Of a stretch of DNA of 64,000 nucleotides, positions 1-13,829 are shown piece by piece (the stretch's first letter is position 1; every line of letters begins with the position of its first letter). The position numbers were made by a program, and so were the translations under genes. The notes beneath the pieces were generated by a model. That model saw nothing but the letters and a program-made list of their open reading frames with translations. It searched no databases and was not told the DNA's origin. Source of the stretch: Lama guanicoe (lineage: Eukaryota); contig MU053821.1 of the NCBI GenBank assembly GCA_013239625.1, positions 1 to 64,000 on the forward strand, read 5' to 3'.

Positions 1-50
1 TGATACTGGCCTATAATTCTCTTTTTTGGTAGTGTCTTTGCCTGGTTTTC
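1..50 (-). mobile_element. LINE-1 ORF2 fragment running off the window start
   Basis: Reverse complement matches the L1 ORF2 segment at ~37540-37590 (ccaggcaaagacactaccaaaaaa...aattataggccaatatca). Confidence 0.8.
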
Positions 51-379
51 TTTATCAGGGGAAATCTTTCTATTTTAGATCAATGTGGTATATAAAAAGA
101 GTACTCTTCTTTCCTTATGACTTTTTTATGTTTTAAATAATTGCCATAGCATAATTGTGGGAAAGACTATTTCCTCCCACCCAAGAAATGTTGGAATAAC
201 TCCAAGCATATTGCTGTGCTGGTTTTGTTCTTCTAACAAATTCTCCTTGATGTCATGCACATGACTGGTGATGATTTACATTTTTATATCTTTATTTCAG
301 GCCTCTCCTCTGAGGACTAGGTTCAAACATCTAACTCCACAATAGGTGGTTGGTCACCTAAGGCACAGCAGTCAAATCA

Positions 380-545
380 TCTTCTCAGCCTGTTTTGGCA
401 AGTCGTTTTATTGAAACACTACTATTTCTGTTTATTTATATATTGTCTGTGGCTGCTCTCTTGCTACAAGGATAGAGTTGACTCTCCACAGCCTAAATAT
501 TTATGGTTTGATCCTTTACAGAAAAAGCATACCAATGCCTGGTTT
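380..545. mobile_element. Old hAT-Charlie DNA transposon fragment (MER58A-like)
   Basis: Recognised motifs gttttattgaaacac...tatattgtctgtggctgct...cctaaatatttat...cctttacagaaaaag; recalled similarity only. Confidence 0.55.
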
Positions 546-599
546 AGGAACTTCCATGAGTATCTCTGATGGGAAATGTTGATTCTTCTTCTCTTGACA

Positions 600-1340
600 A
601 CCCCTGCTTCCCTCATAGTACATAGCACCACAAACCATCTAGTTGCTAAATTTGGAAGATGTAAAGCATCCTCTACTCTGAACTATTTGGAAGTCTTTAT
701 TTCATATTAATTTTCTTCACTCTATCTTCACAGACACTAGCCAGCTACTCCAACTTCCTCCTTCTGGGGTATTCCAAAACCTTTACACACAAGAAAAATA
801 ATTTTTTTAATGAAAAGAGAAAAACAGATTTTGTCATGACATGTCCCTACTTAAAACACTTCAATGGTTTCCCATTTTACTTGGAATTTAGTCCTTCTGC
901 TTCAATTTCATGGTGCATGCTCTCACTGACCTTTCATATTATACTCTAATTTCTTTTCTGAAAGACATAAACACAATCAATAATCTTTGCATATATAACT
1001 TTCTTTCTAGGATACTCTTCTACAGACTCCTCATCACAGCCTTGGCTCACTTGGTATTTTATTCTCAGTTTATAAATGTAGCTTCTTTAATATCACCACA
1101 CACACACACACACACACAAACTCCTTTTTCCCTTCATCCAGGTCCTAGTTTTTTCTTATCTCACTATCATGTTTGTTGATCATTTCCATAGCATTTATTT
1201 AAGCCTATAATTATCTCCTGATTGTTTTATTTGTATATTGACTGTATTTTACTAGTAACTAGAATGTAACATGTTGGGGAGCTCAAAGGTTAGGTAGTTC
1301 TTAATCATATCTTCATTCTTAGAGCCTAGCATAGGTAGGC
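600..1340 (+). mobile_element. Degraded LINE-2-like fragments with a short (CA)n
   Basis: catgtccctacttaaaacacttcaatggtttcccatt and actagaatgtaa...agagcctagcatag resemble L2 3' sequence; (CA)n at ~1097-1118. Confidence 0.45.
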
Positions 1341-1419
1341 AGAGGCAAATAGTATATTTTTTTGGATTTTTAGTATATAAAAATTCTTTATATATCTAAC
1401 CCTTCCACTTAGCATCAAA

Positions 1420-1645
1420 CTAGGCATTGATGCAAGGAAATGGGTGAAACCATTTTTCACAACACTTTATTTATAGATATTAAAATTTGAATTTCATATA
1501 ATTTTAATGTACCACAAAATGTTATTGCTCTGTTTTATTTACTTCAACCATTTAAAAATGAAAAATCACTTTCAGTTCACAGGTTGCTGAAAAACAAAAT
1601 GGAGACTGGGTTTAGCCTCTAGGATGCAGTTTATAAATCTTCTTG
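1420..1645. mobile_element. Old hAT-Charlie DNA transposon fragment (MER58B-like)
   Basis: aaatttgaatttcatataatttt...caaccatttaaaaatg...ttcacagg...gcagttt pattern; recalled similarity only. Confidence 0.55.
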
Positions 1646-2229
1646 CACTACATTGCTTGACAGATTTTCATAATAGTTTTTCAGAAATAAGGCATATAAG
1701 CAAGAGACTAAAACTTAAGAAAATTCTCCAACATATATTCCTTAAATTTGCATTCAGAGAGGCCATGGAACACAGTCAAGTAAAACTGTGATTATTTTGC
1801 AATTGACATGATCATTGTAGACAGCAACTAAAAGTTTATTCAGTATTTTGCAGCTTCCTAAAGAATAATTTGACCTTATTCAAGCTTGAAAAACCTCAGC
1901 TCAAGTGTCTTTGGGATGATATTATTAACTCCATTGGCACTTTTTCAAGGTTACATTACCATAGGTAAGATAAAGACTATAGCAAGCCACAATTAGGAAT
2001 TTTAGTTTAAACATAATGTTTTGTAATACAGAGACCCTTAAATTCTAGATGATTTATACTACATCTGTAAAATTTTATAGGCACCAGTATTTGGCAAACA
2101 TATTAATTACTTTAATATAGATAAAGGTTGCTCATTAATTCATTTACTAAAGGAAACCCCAGTAAGGTACATTAGTCCTTCCTATGTGCTATACTCTTTC
2201 CAATAGACTCACATTGGGGAAAAAACCAT

Positions 2230-2895
2230 TTTTAGTCAAAGTATGATTTCCAACATTGCATTATATTCATGTGTACAGCAAAGTTATTCAGGTATATATA
2301 TACATGTATCTATACATTAATATATATATTCTTTTTCAGATTCTTACCTTTATAGGGTATTATAAAATATTGGATATAGTTCCTTGTGCTATACAGTAGT
2401 TCCTTTTTGTTCATCTATCTTATGTACAACAGTATGTATTTACAATAATATGTATCTGTTAATCCCAAACTCCTAATTTATCACTTCCTCCTTTCCCCTT
2501 TCATAATCATAAGGTTTTGATGTCTGTAAGTGTGTCTGTTTTGTAGATAAGTTCATTTGTGTCCTTTTTTTAGATACCACATATGGGTGATATCATATGG
2601 CATTTTTTTTTCTCCTTCTGGCTTGCTTCACTTGAAATGACAAACTCCAAGTCCATCCATGTTGCTGCAAATGGCATTATTTTATTTATTTTTCATGGCT
2701 GAGTAGTGTTCCATTTTATAAATATAAAACATCATCTTTATCTAGTCATCCGTCAGTGGATATTTAGCTTGTTTCCATGACTTGGGTATTGTAAACATTG
2801 CTGCTATGAACATTGGTTGCATGTATTTTTTTGAACTAGACATTTTCTCCAGACATGTGCTCAGTAGTGGGATTGCTGGGCTATATGGTAACTTT
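2230..2895 (-). mobile_element. LINE-1 3' end (ORF2 C-terminus and 3'UTR)
   Basis: Reverse complement of the L1 3' motifs (catccatgttgctgcaaatggcatt, gataagttcatttgtgtc) seen in the + strand copies at ~22400-22650. Confidence 0.85.
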
Positions 2896-3149
2896 TCATA
2901 GAGTCACATTTAATTCTTATAACAGACCCCTTGGCTATTTCTCCACTAGCACAGATGATAAAACTGAGTCTCAGAAAAAGTTATTAAGGAATCCAAGCAT
3001 GTAAGTGGTTGGCAAAAATTTGAACTCTCCTCTCTGTTTTCTGGTAGATAAACTAGGTGATAGGCAGATTACATAGGGGATAGATTGATTGGATAGGCAT
3101 GGCAAATAAATTGTTTCTACAGTTTTTAATTTTTTATATTTAAAAAAAA

Positions 3150-5052
3150 ACAGAAAAAGGAGACTACACAAACAGATGTATTACCAGTAATAAAATTGAA
3201 TCAATTTTAAAAATTCCAACAAACAAAGTAGTGGATCAGAAGATTTCACAAGTCTAACAAACATTTAGAGAAGAGATAACACCTATCCTTTTCAAACTAT
3301 TCCAAATAATTGCAGAGGAAGGAAAACTTCTGAACTCATTCTACAAGGCCAGATTTACCCTGATACCAAAGTCAGGCAAAGATATCACCAGAAAATAGAA
3401 GAAAATTACAAGGTAACATCATTAATGACTGTAAGTGAAAAATCCTCAACAAAAAACCAATGCAGTAAAAGGATCATAAACCATGATCAAGTGAGGTTTA
3501 TCCCAGGGATCCAAGAGTGGTTTGATATCCACAAATCAATTACTGTGACACACCACCTTAACAAAATAAAGAATGAAAATTATATGATTATCTCCATAAA
3601 GGCAGAAAGAGCTTTTGACAAAATTCAACATCCATTTATGATAGAAATCCTCCACTAAATGGCTATAAATGAAACACCTCAAAAGGATCAAGACCATGTA
3701 TGATAAACCTACAGCTAACATCATACTCAATGGTAAAAGTCTGAAAGCATTTCCTCGAAATCAGGAATAAGACAAGGGTGCTCACTCTTACTACTTTTAT
3801 TCAGCATAGTTTTGGGAGTCCTAGCCCAAGAAATCAGAGAAGAAAAAGAAATAAAAAGAATTTAAGTAAAAAAATGGGAAAAAAGAAGTAAAGCTATTAC
3901 TGTTTATAGATGACATGATAATATACATGGAGAATTCTAAAGAGACTATCAGAAAACTGCTAGAACTCATCAATTAATTTGGTAAAATTGCAGGATACAG
4001 CAAAATTAATATACAGAATCAGGTTGCACTTCTATACACTAAGAATGAAATATCAGAAAAAGAAATTATGGAACCAATACCATTTACCATTGCATCAAGA
4101 AGAATAAAATATGTAGGAAGAAACATACCTAAGGAGGCAAAAGATCTACACTCCAAAAACTATAAGACTCTGATGAAAGAAAATGAAGATGACATAAACA
4201 AATGGAAAGATATATCATGCTCTTAGATTGAAAGAATCAATATTTTTTAAGTGGCCATACTGGCTAAGGCATTACACAGGTTCAATGCAATCCCTGTGAA
4301 GTTACCAATGACATATTTCACAGAGCAGGAACAAAAAAATGTTAAAATTTGTATGGATACATAAAAGACCCAGAATAGCCAAAAGATTCATAAAAAAGAA
4401 GAATGGAGCTGGAAGAACTATGCTTACTGACTTCAGATTATAGTACAAAGCTACAGTAATCAAAAGAGTATGGTACTGGCAAAGAACAGGCTCATAGATC
4501 AAAGAAACAGATAGAAAGCACAGAAAACACCTACACATTTATGTCAAATTAATTTTCCACAAAGGAAACTGGAATACACCTTGGTTAAGACAGACTTTTC
4601 AATAAATGATGTTAGGAAAACTGAACAGCTACAAATAAAACAATAAAATTAGAACATTTTCTAACACCATATGCAAAAATAAATTCAAAATGGACTAAAG
4701 ATCTAAATGTAAGACAGGTACTATGACACTCTTAGAGGAAAACTTAAGCAGAATACTCTTTGACATAAATTACAACAAGATTTCTTTCAAACCAACTCCT
4801 AGGGTAATGAAAATAAAAGGAAACAATGGTACCTAATTAAACTTAAGATCTCTTGCACAGCAAAGGAAACCATAAACAAACGTGAAAAATCAACTTACAG
4901 AATGGGAGAAAATAGTTGCAAATATTTGACATGACCAAAAAAAGGCTAATTTCCAAAATACAAAAACAGCTCACAGAGCTTAATAAAAAAAAAAAAAAAA
5001 AAAAGTAGGCAGAAGACCTAAACAGGCATTTCTCCAAAGAAGACATCCAGAT
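3150..5052 (+). mobile_element. LINE-1 ORF2 internal fragment (RT to C-terminal region), defective
   Basis: Track ORF 3425-3658 reads HDQVRFIPGIQEWFDIHKSI...[10 protein letters not shown]; many stops and frameshifts; truncated at both ends. Confidence 0.92.
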
Positions 5053-6409
5053 CTATTCTGTTCATTTTTGACCCTGGGTAAAGTCACATCCTATGAATGA
5101 AGGGTGCTGTCTTCCAGATCTCCACCAAATGGTGAAGGGGAAGTGCAAATAAAAATGCCACAAAGCTATGCTATCATTTTAAAGTTACTTTTATCTTGAT
5201 TCAGTTTATTGCTGTATACTTTAAACCATTTCCCAGAGTTCTATTAAAGTTTATTTTAATAATATTTATTTCAGTGTCTCTGATAAAATTTGAATTCATA
5301 GGTTTACTTAGTTCACCATTTTCACTGGTATCTAAGATATCTTGTAAAGATTATCTTTCATTGTGCAGATTTCTAAGCCTGTTTCTTTACTTGTGGTCAG
5401 CTAGTGGTTTAATAGAGATTTCCATTAAAATACATTTTCTTTAATTAGCTTTTCTTAGTTAATGTCTTGCTTTTGACTATTTTCCAGACCTCTGAAAAAT
5501 TTGATTCTGATGTTTTTTGCTTGTTTTCAGTGTTTCCTGTACTAAGGTAGTCCCTTAGAGTTTCTTAGTCCTCCATTGTCACTGGCATCAAATGATTAAA
5601 AATTTACCCTACTGGGAGCGATTGGCACCAGGGGAGGGCAGGTGGCCATCTGCCTTCCTGGCAGGAGCACAAACACCTGACCATGGTGCAGGGAGGGGGC
5701 ATGATCTGCCTGCCTACCTAACCCAAGTGCATTATCTGACTGTGGCATTGGTAGGGGGAGTGACTGGCTTGCTCACAGGGTAAGAGCACAGCACCTGTCC
5801 TCAGTGTAGGCAAGGGGCATGATCTGCTTGCTGACAGGCACTGGGAGCAGCACAGATGAGGGGCACCAACAGAAGGTCTTGGGAAGCTGCAAGCTGAGTT
5901 CACGAAACACAGAGAAGAAAGAAAGACTTCTTGATAAAAACAAGAGCACATACTTTCAACAAGAATACTCACCACCCCCAAGTTGTAATCTTTTTTTAAT
6001 TGGTTCTGTGTTCTATTACCTTTTTACCTTTTCCTTTAAAAAGATATTTCCAATTTTAATCCCTTTTAAATTTTTTTATTATTTTTTAAAAACTACCTCA
6101 TTTTATTTTTATTTCTCTTGGTTTTGATCTCCTGTTATTGATTATACACAGTTTTCAAATATTTCTTTTTGCTCTTTCTAAGTTTTTAAAGGTTTTTAAA
6201 AGACATCTCGACCCAATTGCTAGTCTGCTTCAACTTGCTCTTTTATTATCAATTATACATTGTTTTAAAAACTTTTTTCTCCCTTCTTTTAAATTTCCCT
6301 TTTTATTACCCTTTATTATATGTTGTATTTTCTATTACCTTTGTACTTTTTTCTTTTTAAACCATGTGTATGTCTCCAGTTTTAATCCCTTTATAATTTT
6401 TAATATTTA

Positions 6410-6447
<38 letters not shown>

Positions 6448-8997
6448 TTTAAATCCACCTGATTTCATTTCTCTTGGTCTTGACTTTCTCTTATGGATTA
6501 TACACAGGTTTAAAGTATTATTTTTTGATCTTTTCTCCTTTTTTAAATGTTTCTAAAAGATGTCTCAACTCAATTGCTAGTCTGATTCAAATTGTTCTTC
6601 TATTATTGACTATAAACTATTTTCAAACCTTTTTTCTCCTTTCTTTAAAAATTGTCTTTCGCTCCCTTTTTTAAAGTTTTATTTCTGCATAGGCATTAGA
6701 TAGATAAATAAATAAACTCCTTAAGGACCACAGTAGATAACTGACACCCCATTAGACACAGTGCCAGAGAGATATGAGAAAGATGAAGAAGCAGAGGAAT
6801 CACTTCCAATTAAAAGAGCAAGAGAAATCCCCTGAAAGAATGATCAATGAAATACACATCAATAGCATACTAGATGAAGATTTCAAAAAAGGGGTGATCA
6901 GAGTACTGAAGAAACTAAAATAGATAACGTTTAGAGATATAAAATATGACAAAAATGAAATTGAAGCTATAAAGAAAGGCCAAGTAGAATTGGCAAACTC
7001 ATTGGCTGAGATGAGAACTGATCTAAAGGATGTGCAAACCAGACTAGATAATGCACAGGAATGAATAAGTGACCTAAAAGATAGGACAACAGAAAGTGCC
7101 CAATTAGAACAACTGTGAGATAAACAAATGAAAACAACATAAGGGGCCTATGGGATAATATAAAACATGCCAATCTATGAATAATAGGGTTTCCAGAAGG
7201 GGAAGAGAGAGCAAATGGGTTTGAAAAGATATTTGAAGAAATCATGATTGAAAACTTCCCAAACTTAAAGAAGGAATCAGATATCCAAGTACAGGAAGCT
7301 CAGAGGGTCCAAAACAGGAAGAATCAAAACAGACCCATACCAAGACATATCATAATCAAGATGGCCAGAGTCAAGAATAAAGAAATAATCCTAAAGACAG
7401 AAAGAGAAAAAGAGTGAGTTTCAAGGGAAACCCCATAAGGCTCTCAGCTGATTTCTCTACACAAACATGAAAGGCCAGAAGGGAGTTGCAAGATATATTC
7501 ATAGTCCTGAATGAAAAAAAGATGCAGCCTAGGATAATTTATCCAGCAGGGCTATCCTTTAAAATAGAATGAGAGATCAAGAACTTCACAGACAAGAAAA
7601 AGCTGCAGGAGTTTAGCAACACTAAACCCATGCGAAAAGAAATATTGAAAGTTCTACTCTAAATAGAAAAACAACAAGATGCTACAGAAATGAGAAACGC
7701 ACAACTGGAAAAGTGATAACTCACAAATTACAAACAAAATATGAAATTGCAAAAGAAGATATCTAAATCATTGAAGTGGGAGAGGGAAGCAAGAAAATAC
7801 AGAGTAGTTATTCCCTTTCTTTTTAAAATTTTTTGTTCTGGGTAGGATGTTTTCAAGATACAGTAATTGGCAATAGACTTACCAAAAAGGATAACCACAA
7901 GCCAAAAACGTACAAGGGAGTCACAAAAACTAAATAAAATCCATGATAATACAAAGGAAAATTACCAAACCACAAAAGGAAGAAGAAATGAACAAAGAGG
8001 AAAGAACAAATCAACCTCAAGAATATGTTCAAAATGGCAATAAACACCCATCTATCACTAATTACTGTAAACGTTAATGGACTAAATTTTCTGGTCAAAA
8101 GACAAAGAGTGGCAGACTGGATAATAAAGCAAGAACCTTAAATATGCTGCATACAAGAGACCCACTTTAGGGAGAAGAACACATATAGATTGAGAGTGAA
8201 AGGATGGAAAAGGATATTCCATGCAGGTGGAAAAGCCAAATCAGCAGGTGTATCAGTACTGATTTCAGACAAAATAGACTTTAAAACAAAGGCCATAAAG
8301 AAAGACATTTTATAATGATTAAAGGAGTGATACAAGATGAGGATATTACAGTCATTAATATATATGCACCCAATATAGGAGCACCTAAGTACATAAAACA
8401 ACTACTAACATAGATAAAGTTGGAAGTTTATAGGAATACAATTATTATCAGAGACTTTAACACCACATTAACATCACTAGACAGATCTTCCAGACAGAAA
8501 ATAAAAAAGGCAACAGAGAAATTGAATACTACAATAGAAAAACTTGATTTGATGGATATTTTCAGAGCATTACACCCCCAAAATATGGTATACATTCTTT
8601 TCAAGTGCACATGGAACTAGGATTGATCATGTGCTTGAGCACAAAAGAAGACTCAACAATTTTAAGAAGAGAAAATTCATCTCAAGCATCTTTACTGACC
8701 ACAATGCCTTGAAAGTAGACATCAACTACAGAGAAACAAAGGAGAAAAAAAGGAAAGCATAGAGATTAAACAACATGCTATTAAAAAATCAATGGGTCAA
8801 TGATGAAATCAAACTTGATATTAAAAAATAGCTTGAGAAAAATGAAAATGAAAACACAACCACAAAAAACTTATGGGATGGAGTAAAGGCAGTGCTAAGA
8901 GGGAATTTTATACTAGTATAGCCCTTCCTCAAAATAAAAGAGCAACCTCAAATAGACAATCTAAACCACCAGCTAAAAGAACTAGAAAGAGAAGAGC

Positions 8998-9026
8998 AAA
9001 AAAAAAAAAAAAAAAAAAAACAAAAA

Positions 9027-9058
<32 letters not shown>

Positions 9059-9067
9059 AAAAAAAAA
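8998..9067 (+). repeat. ~70-nt nearly pure poly(A) tract inside L1 ORF2
   Basis: Directly visible; the homologous site in other copies (e.g. ~36970) has only a few A's. Confidence 0.95.
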
Positions 9068-9464
9068 CCCCAAAAGTCAGCAGAAGGAAAGAAGTAACAA
9101 AGATCAGGGAGGAAATAAATAAAATATTTTTTAGAAAACATAGAAAAATCAGTTAAACCAGGAGCTAGTTTATTTTGAAAAACTAACTAAAATTGACAAA
9201 CCTCTGGACAAACTCACAAGGCAGAAAGTGAGAGCACAAATAAGCAAAGTAAGAAAGAAAAATGAAGAAATTACAACAAATAAAATAGAAATACAGACTA
9301 TTATATGAGACAATGAAAAACTATATGGAACCAAATTGGATAACCTAGAGGAGACACACAAGCTTCTGGAAACATACAGTGCATGAAGACTGAACCAAGA
9401 AGAAACTGATCACTTGAACAAACCGTTCACTAGAAATGAAATTGAATTAGCAATAATAAATTTT

Positions 9465-9580
9465 AAAAAATAAATAAATAAATAAATACATACATACATA
9501 CATACATACATAAATACATACATACATACATAAATATATAAATACATAAATACATAAATAAATATATAAATAAATAAAAA
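9465..9580 (+). repeat. Compound (TAAA)n/(TACA)n microsatellite inside L1 ORF2
   Basis: Directly visible. Confidence 0.95.
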
Positions 9581-12349
9581 CTCCCTACAAATAAAAGACC
9601 AGGACTAGATGGCTTCACTGGGGAATTCTACCAAACATACAAAGAAAAATGCATACCAGTCCTCCTCAAATTCTTCCAGAAGATTGAAAAGGAGGGAATA
9701 CTCCCAAACTCATTCTATGAAGCCACAATCACCCTGATACAAAAGCCAGGCAAAGACACTACCAAAAAAGAGAATTATAGGCCAATATCACTAATGAACA
9801 TAGATGCAAAAACCCTCACCAAATAGTAGCAAATAGAATCCAACAACACATAAAAAAGATTATACAACATGACCGAGTGGGGTTCATCCCAGGGACACAA
9901 GGGTGGTTCAACACATGCAAATCAATCAATGTAATACGTCACATCAACAAGAGAAAGGACAAAAACCACATGATCATCTCATTAGATGCAGAAAAAGCTT
10001 TTGATAAAATTCAACACCCATTTATGATCAAAACTCTCAGAAACTGGGTACAGAGGGAACATATCAACATAATAAAAGCTATATATGACAAACCTACAGC
10101 CAGCATAGTGCTCAATGGTGAAAAACTCAAAAGCTTCCTACTAAAACCTGGGACAAGACAAGGATGCCCAATCTCACCACTCCTATTCAACACAGTCTTG
10201 GGAGTCCTAGCCACAGCAATCAGACATGAGAGAGAAATAAAAGGGATTCAAAGTGGAAAAGAAGTGGTAGATGTGTCACTATATGCCAATGACATGTTAC
10301 TATATATAGAAAACCCTAAAATGTCCACTCAAAAACTGCTAGAGCTGATTGAAGTATTCAGCAAGATGGCAGGTTAAAAGATTAATGTTCAAAAATCAGT
10401 TGCATTTCTTTACGCTAACAATGAATCAACAGAAAAAGAAAGTAAAGGAACAATCCCCCTTAAAATAGCACCCAAAGTAATAAAATACCTAGGAACAAAT
10501 CTAACCAAAGAGGTGAAAGAATTATACATGGAAAACTATAAGCCTTGATGAAGGAAACTGAAGAAGAATTCCAAAAATGGAAAGATATCCCATGCTCCTG
10601 GACTGGAAGAATCAATATTGTTAAAATGATCATACTGCCCAAGGCAATCTACAGATTTAATGCAATCCCTATCAAATTACCCAGGACATATCTCACAGAA
10701 CTACAACAAATCATAATGAAACTTACGTGGAACCACAGAAGACCTAGAATTGCCACAGCATTACTGATAATAAAGAAAGAGTCTGCAGGAATAACTCTCC
10801 CAGACTTCAGACAATACTATAGAGCTACAGTCATCAAGAAAGCATGGTATTGGTACCAAAACAGACAGATAGACCAATGGAACAGAATAGAGAGCCCAGA
10901 AATGAACCCACAAGCTTTTGATCAATAATCATGACAAAGGAGAATATACAATGGAATAAAGACAGTCTCTTCAGCAAATGGTGTTGGGAAAACTGGACAG
11001 CAACATGTAAGTCAATGAAGCTAGAACACTCTCTTACACCATACACAAAAATAAACTCAAATGGATCAAGCATATCTTAAACATAAGACAAGATACAATA
11101 AACCTTCTGGAAGAAAATATAGGCAAAACATTATCTGACATCAATCTCAAAAGTGTTCTCCTAGGACAGTCTACTTCAGCATTAGAAATAAAAGCAAGAA
11201 TAAATAAATGGGACCTAATGAAACTTATAAGCTTCTGCACAGCAAAACCATAAGTAAAACAAAAGGACAACCTACAGAAAGGAAGAAAATTTTTGCAAAT
11301 GAAATCAACAAAGGCTTGATCTCCAGAATATATAAGCAGCTCATATGACTTAATAAGAAAAAAACAAATAACCCAATCCAAAATTGGGCAGAAGACCTAA
11401 ACAAGTAATTGTCCAATGAAGACATACAAATGATTAACAGGCACGTGAAAAAAATGCTCAATATCACGAACTATCAGAGAAATGCAAACCAAAACTACAA
11501 TGAGGCATCACGTCTCAACAGTCAGAATGGCCATCATTCAAAAGTCCACAAATGACAAATGCTGGAGAGGGTGTGGAGAAAAGGGAACCCTCCTACACTG
11601 CTGGTGGGAATGTAGTTTTGTGCAGCCACTATGGAAAACAATATGGAGATTCCTCAAAAGACTAGCAATACACTTAACATATGACCCAGGAATCCCGCTC
11701 CTGGGCATACATCTAGAAGAAACCCTACTTCAAAATGACACCTGCACCTCATAGAAGCACTCTTTACAGTAGCCAAGACATGGAAACAGCCTAAATGTCC
11801 ATTCACAGATGACTGGATAAAGAAGAGGTGATATATGTATACAATGGAATACTACTTAGCCATAAAAACCAACAGCATAACGCCATTTGCCGCAACATGG
11901 ATGCTCCTGGAGAATATCATTCTAAGTGAAGGAAACCAGAAAGAGAAAGAAAAATACTATATGAGATCAGTCATATGTGGAATCTAAAAAGAATAACAAC
12001 AACAAACAAAGCATAAATACAAACCGGAAACAGACTCATAGACATAGAATACAAACCTGTGGTTGCCAAGGGGGCAGGGGATGGGAATGGACAAAGTAGT
12101 ATTTCAAAATGTAAACAAGATTATACTGTAAAGCACAGGGAAACATATACAAGATGTTATGGTAGCTCACAGAGAAAAAAAGTGACAATGAACATATATA
12201 TACATACGTTCATGTATAACTGAAAAAATGTGCTCTACACTGAAATTTGACCCAACATTGTAAAATGATTATAAATCAATAAAAAAGTTTTTTAAAAATG
12301 GAAAGATTTCTTCAATTGCTTCCTTTAATGTGGTTAGAGTAAATTAAGA

Positions 12350-12545
12350 GGCAGTGAGTACAATAGTAAAAGCTACGTGGCTTTACTACATAGCTGTGTG
12401 TCTTTGGACAAGTTACCTAATGACACTGTTTCCAGTTTTTTACCTGTGAAATGGGAATGAGAGTCACAAGATGGACCTCACTGGGCTGTGGCAAAGGCCT
12501 GCCATGTATTAAGTGCTATATGCATGTACAGTGTTATTTCTTTTC
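12350..12545 (+). mobile_element. MIR SINE fragment
   Basis: Core motif tagctgtgtgtctttggacaagttacctaa...cagttttttacctgtgaaatggga. Confidence 0.7.
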
Positions 12546-13829
12546 TCAGTTGCTACCTTATTCTAGAAATTTTTTGCAGCAACTTGAGCTCTTTGGTCTT
12601 TACTTTATTTACACCATTTACATCTCTCTCAGTTTGGCTCACACTAAAATGTAGCTCTGGACTTCCCATTTGGCACTGCCCAGTTGGAAGACATTTTTGC
12701 TCAAATAAATTTAAAATATAAAATTAAAAAAAAGTGAAGCTAATTTCAACTTAACTGATTTTCTATTGTTACTTTCATTAGAATACTCCCCCACCTCCTC
12801 ACAACACTGTAAACCCTCTCTCCCCTGGAAGAACCTTCTAGCTTCCCCTGTGTAAAACTTCCTCATACTCCTATCTAAACCCTGGAAGGTAATTCCTGCT
12901 ATATTGCCTGGACTTCTCTGCTTGAATTCTGAATGCCATGTTCCACTCACTGAGGGACCTGAAGGAGTGTTTATCATTGATCTAATGTCCAGTGGTGACT
13001 GCTCTGACTCACATGAAAGGAGGTCTCCAGAACAGCATCAGATTACATGGAACTACTTGAAAATTGGCTAATTTTACCTTCACCTTGTCTCTCAAGAAAG
13101 CCTGTTCTTTAATGATGAACTTCATGTGAAGGAGTTGGGTGAATATTCATCTTCACTGGGACCAAATGAGGTTGACTTTTGTTCCTGTTTTGTTCTGGTT
13201 TTCATTTTATTGTGGAACATTAGGGACTGGTTGATTTTGAACATTTTGTACATTCCAGGCAATTATTCCATGAATTTTTGCTGTTCACATTGTACAACTT
13301 TTGATGAGAATTAACCACTTGAAGCCGACTCCCTTATCTGCAGACATAGTCCTTGTCTTCTTTGTCTTGGAAAAGCTGACACAGGATGTTCGGGCTCACA
13401 TTGTGCATCCCCTGCCCCAGACTTTGGACCTGCCAGATCTCCAAGGATCCCTGGTTCCTTTCAGTGGGAGGCAGCATTTTCATCAATCTCCTTACTCTGA
13501 AAACTGATCATTAAAAGGAAGCAAATGAAATATTTCCAGTACAGACTGTATTTTAGGGTAACTAAGTAGCTGAAGAAGGTAAAAAGTTGCTCTTCTTTAC
13601 TGGAGAATTCCAGTTCATATTTATAGACAGGAAGGGATAATAGAGTTAAAAATATTTGCATTTTCAAGCCTAAAAAAACCTCAGAAATTAGTCTTTTACC
13701 TCCTTAAATCAATGATTTCCCTCAATATCGCAATAGAATAACTTGACATATAAGTTAATATGTTAGGTGTAATCATGATATTGAAGTTAAAAGAGAAAAA
13801 TACCTATGTCCCTTTTTAATCAAGTTTCT

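Larger units (their letters stand above)
5610..12297 (+). mobile_element. Near full-length LINE-1 (copy 1): partial 5'UTR, ORF1 from ~6774, ORF2 from ~8034, 3'UTR; defective
   Basis: ORF2 peptides [11 protein letters not shown]...[14 protein letters not shown]...YANDM (9877-10377) and KWKDIPCSW...WYWYQNR (10545-10928); AATAAA and A-rich end at ~12278-12297; colinear with the copy at 33007. Confidence 0.96.

Noticed and set aside
8873..9141. Poly-Lys and poly-Phe ORFs
   Set aside because: Artefacts of the poly(A) tract.
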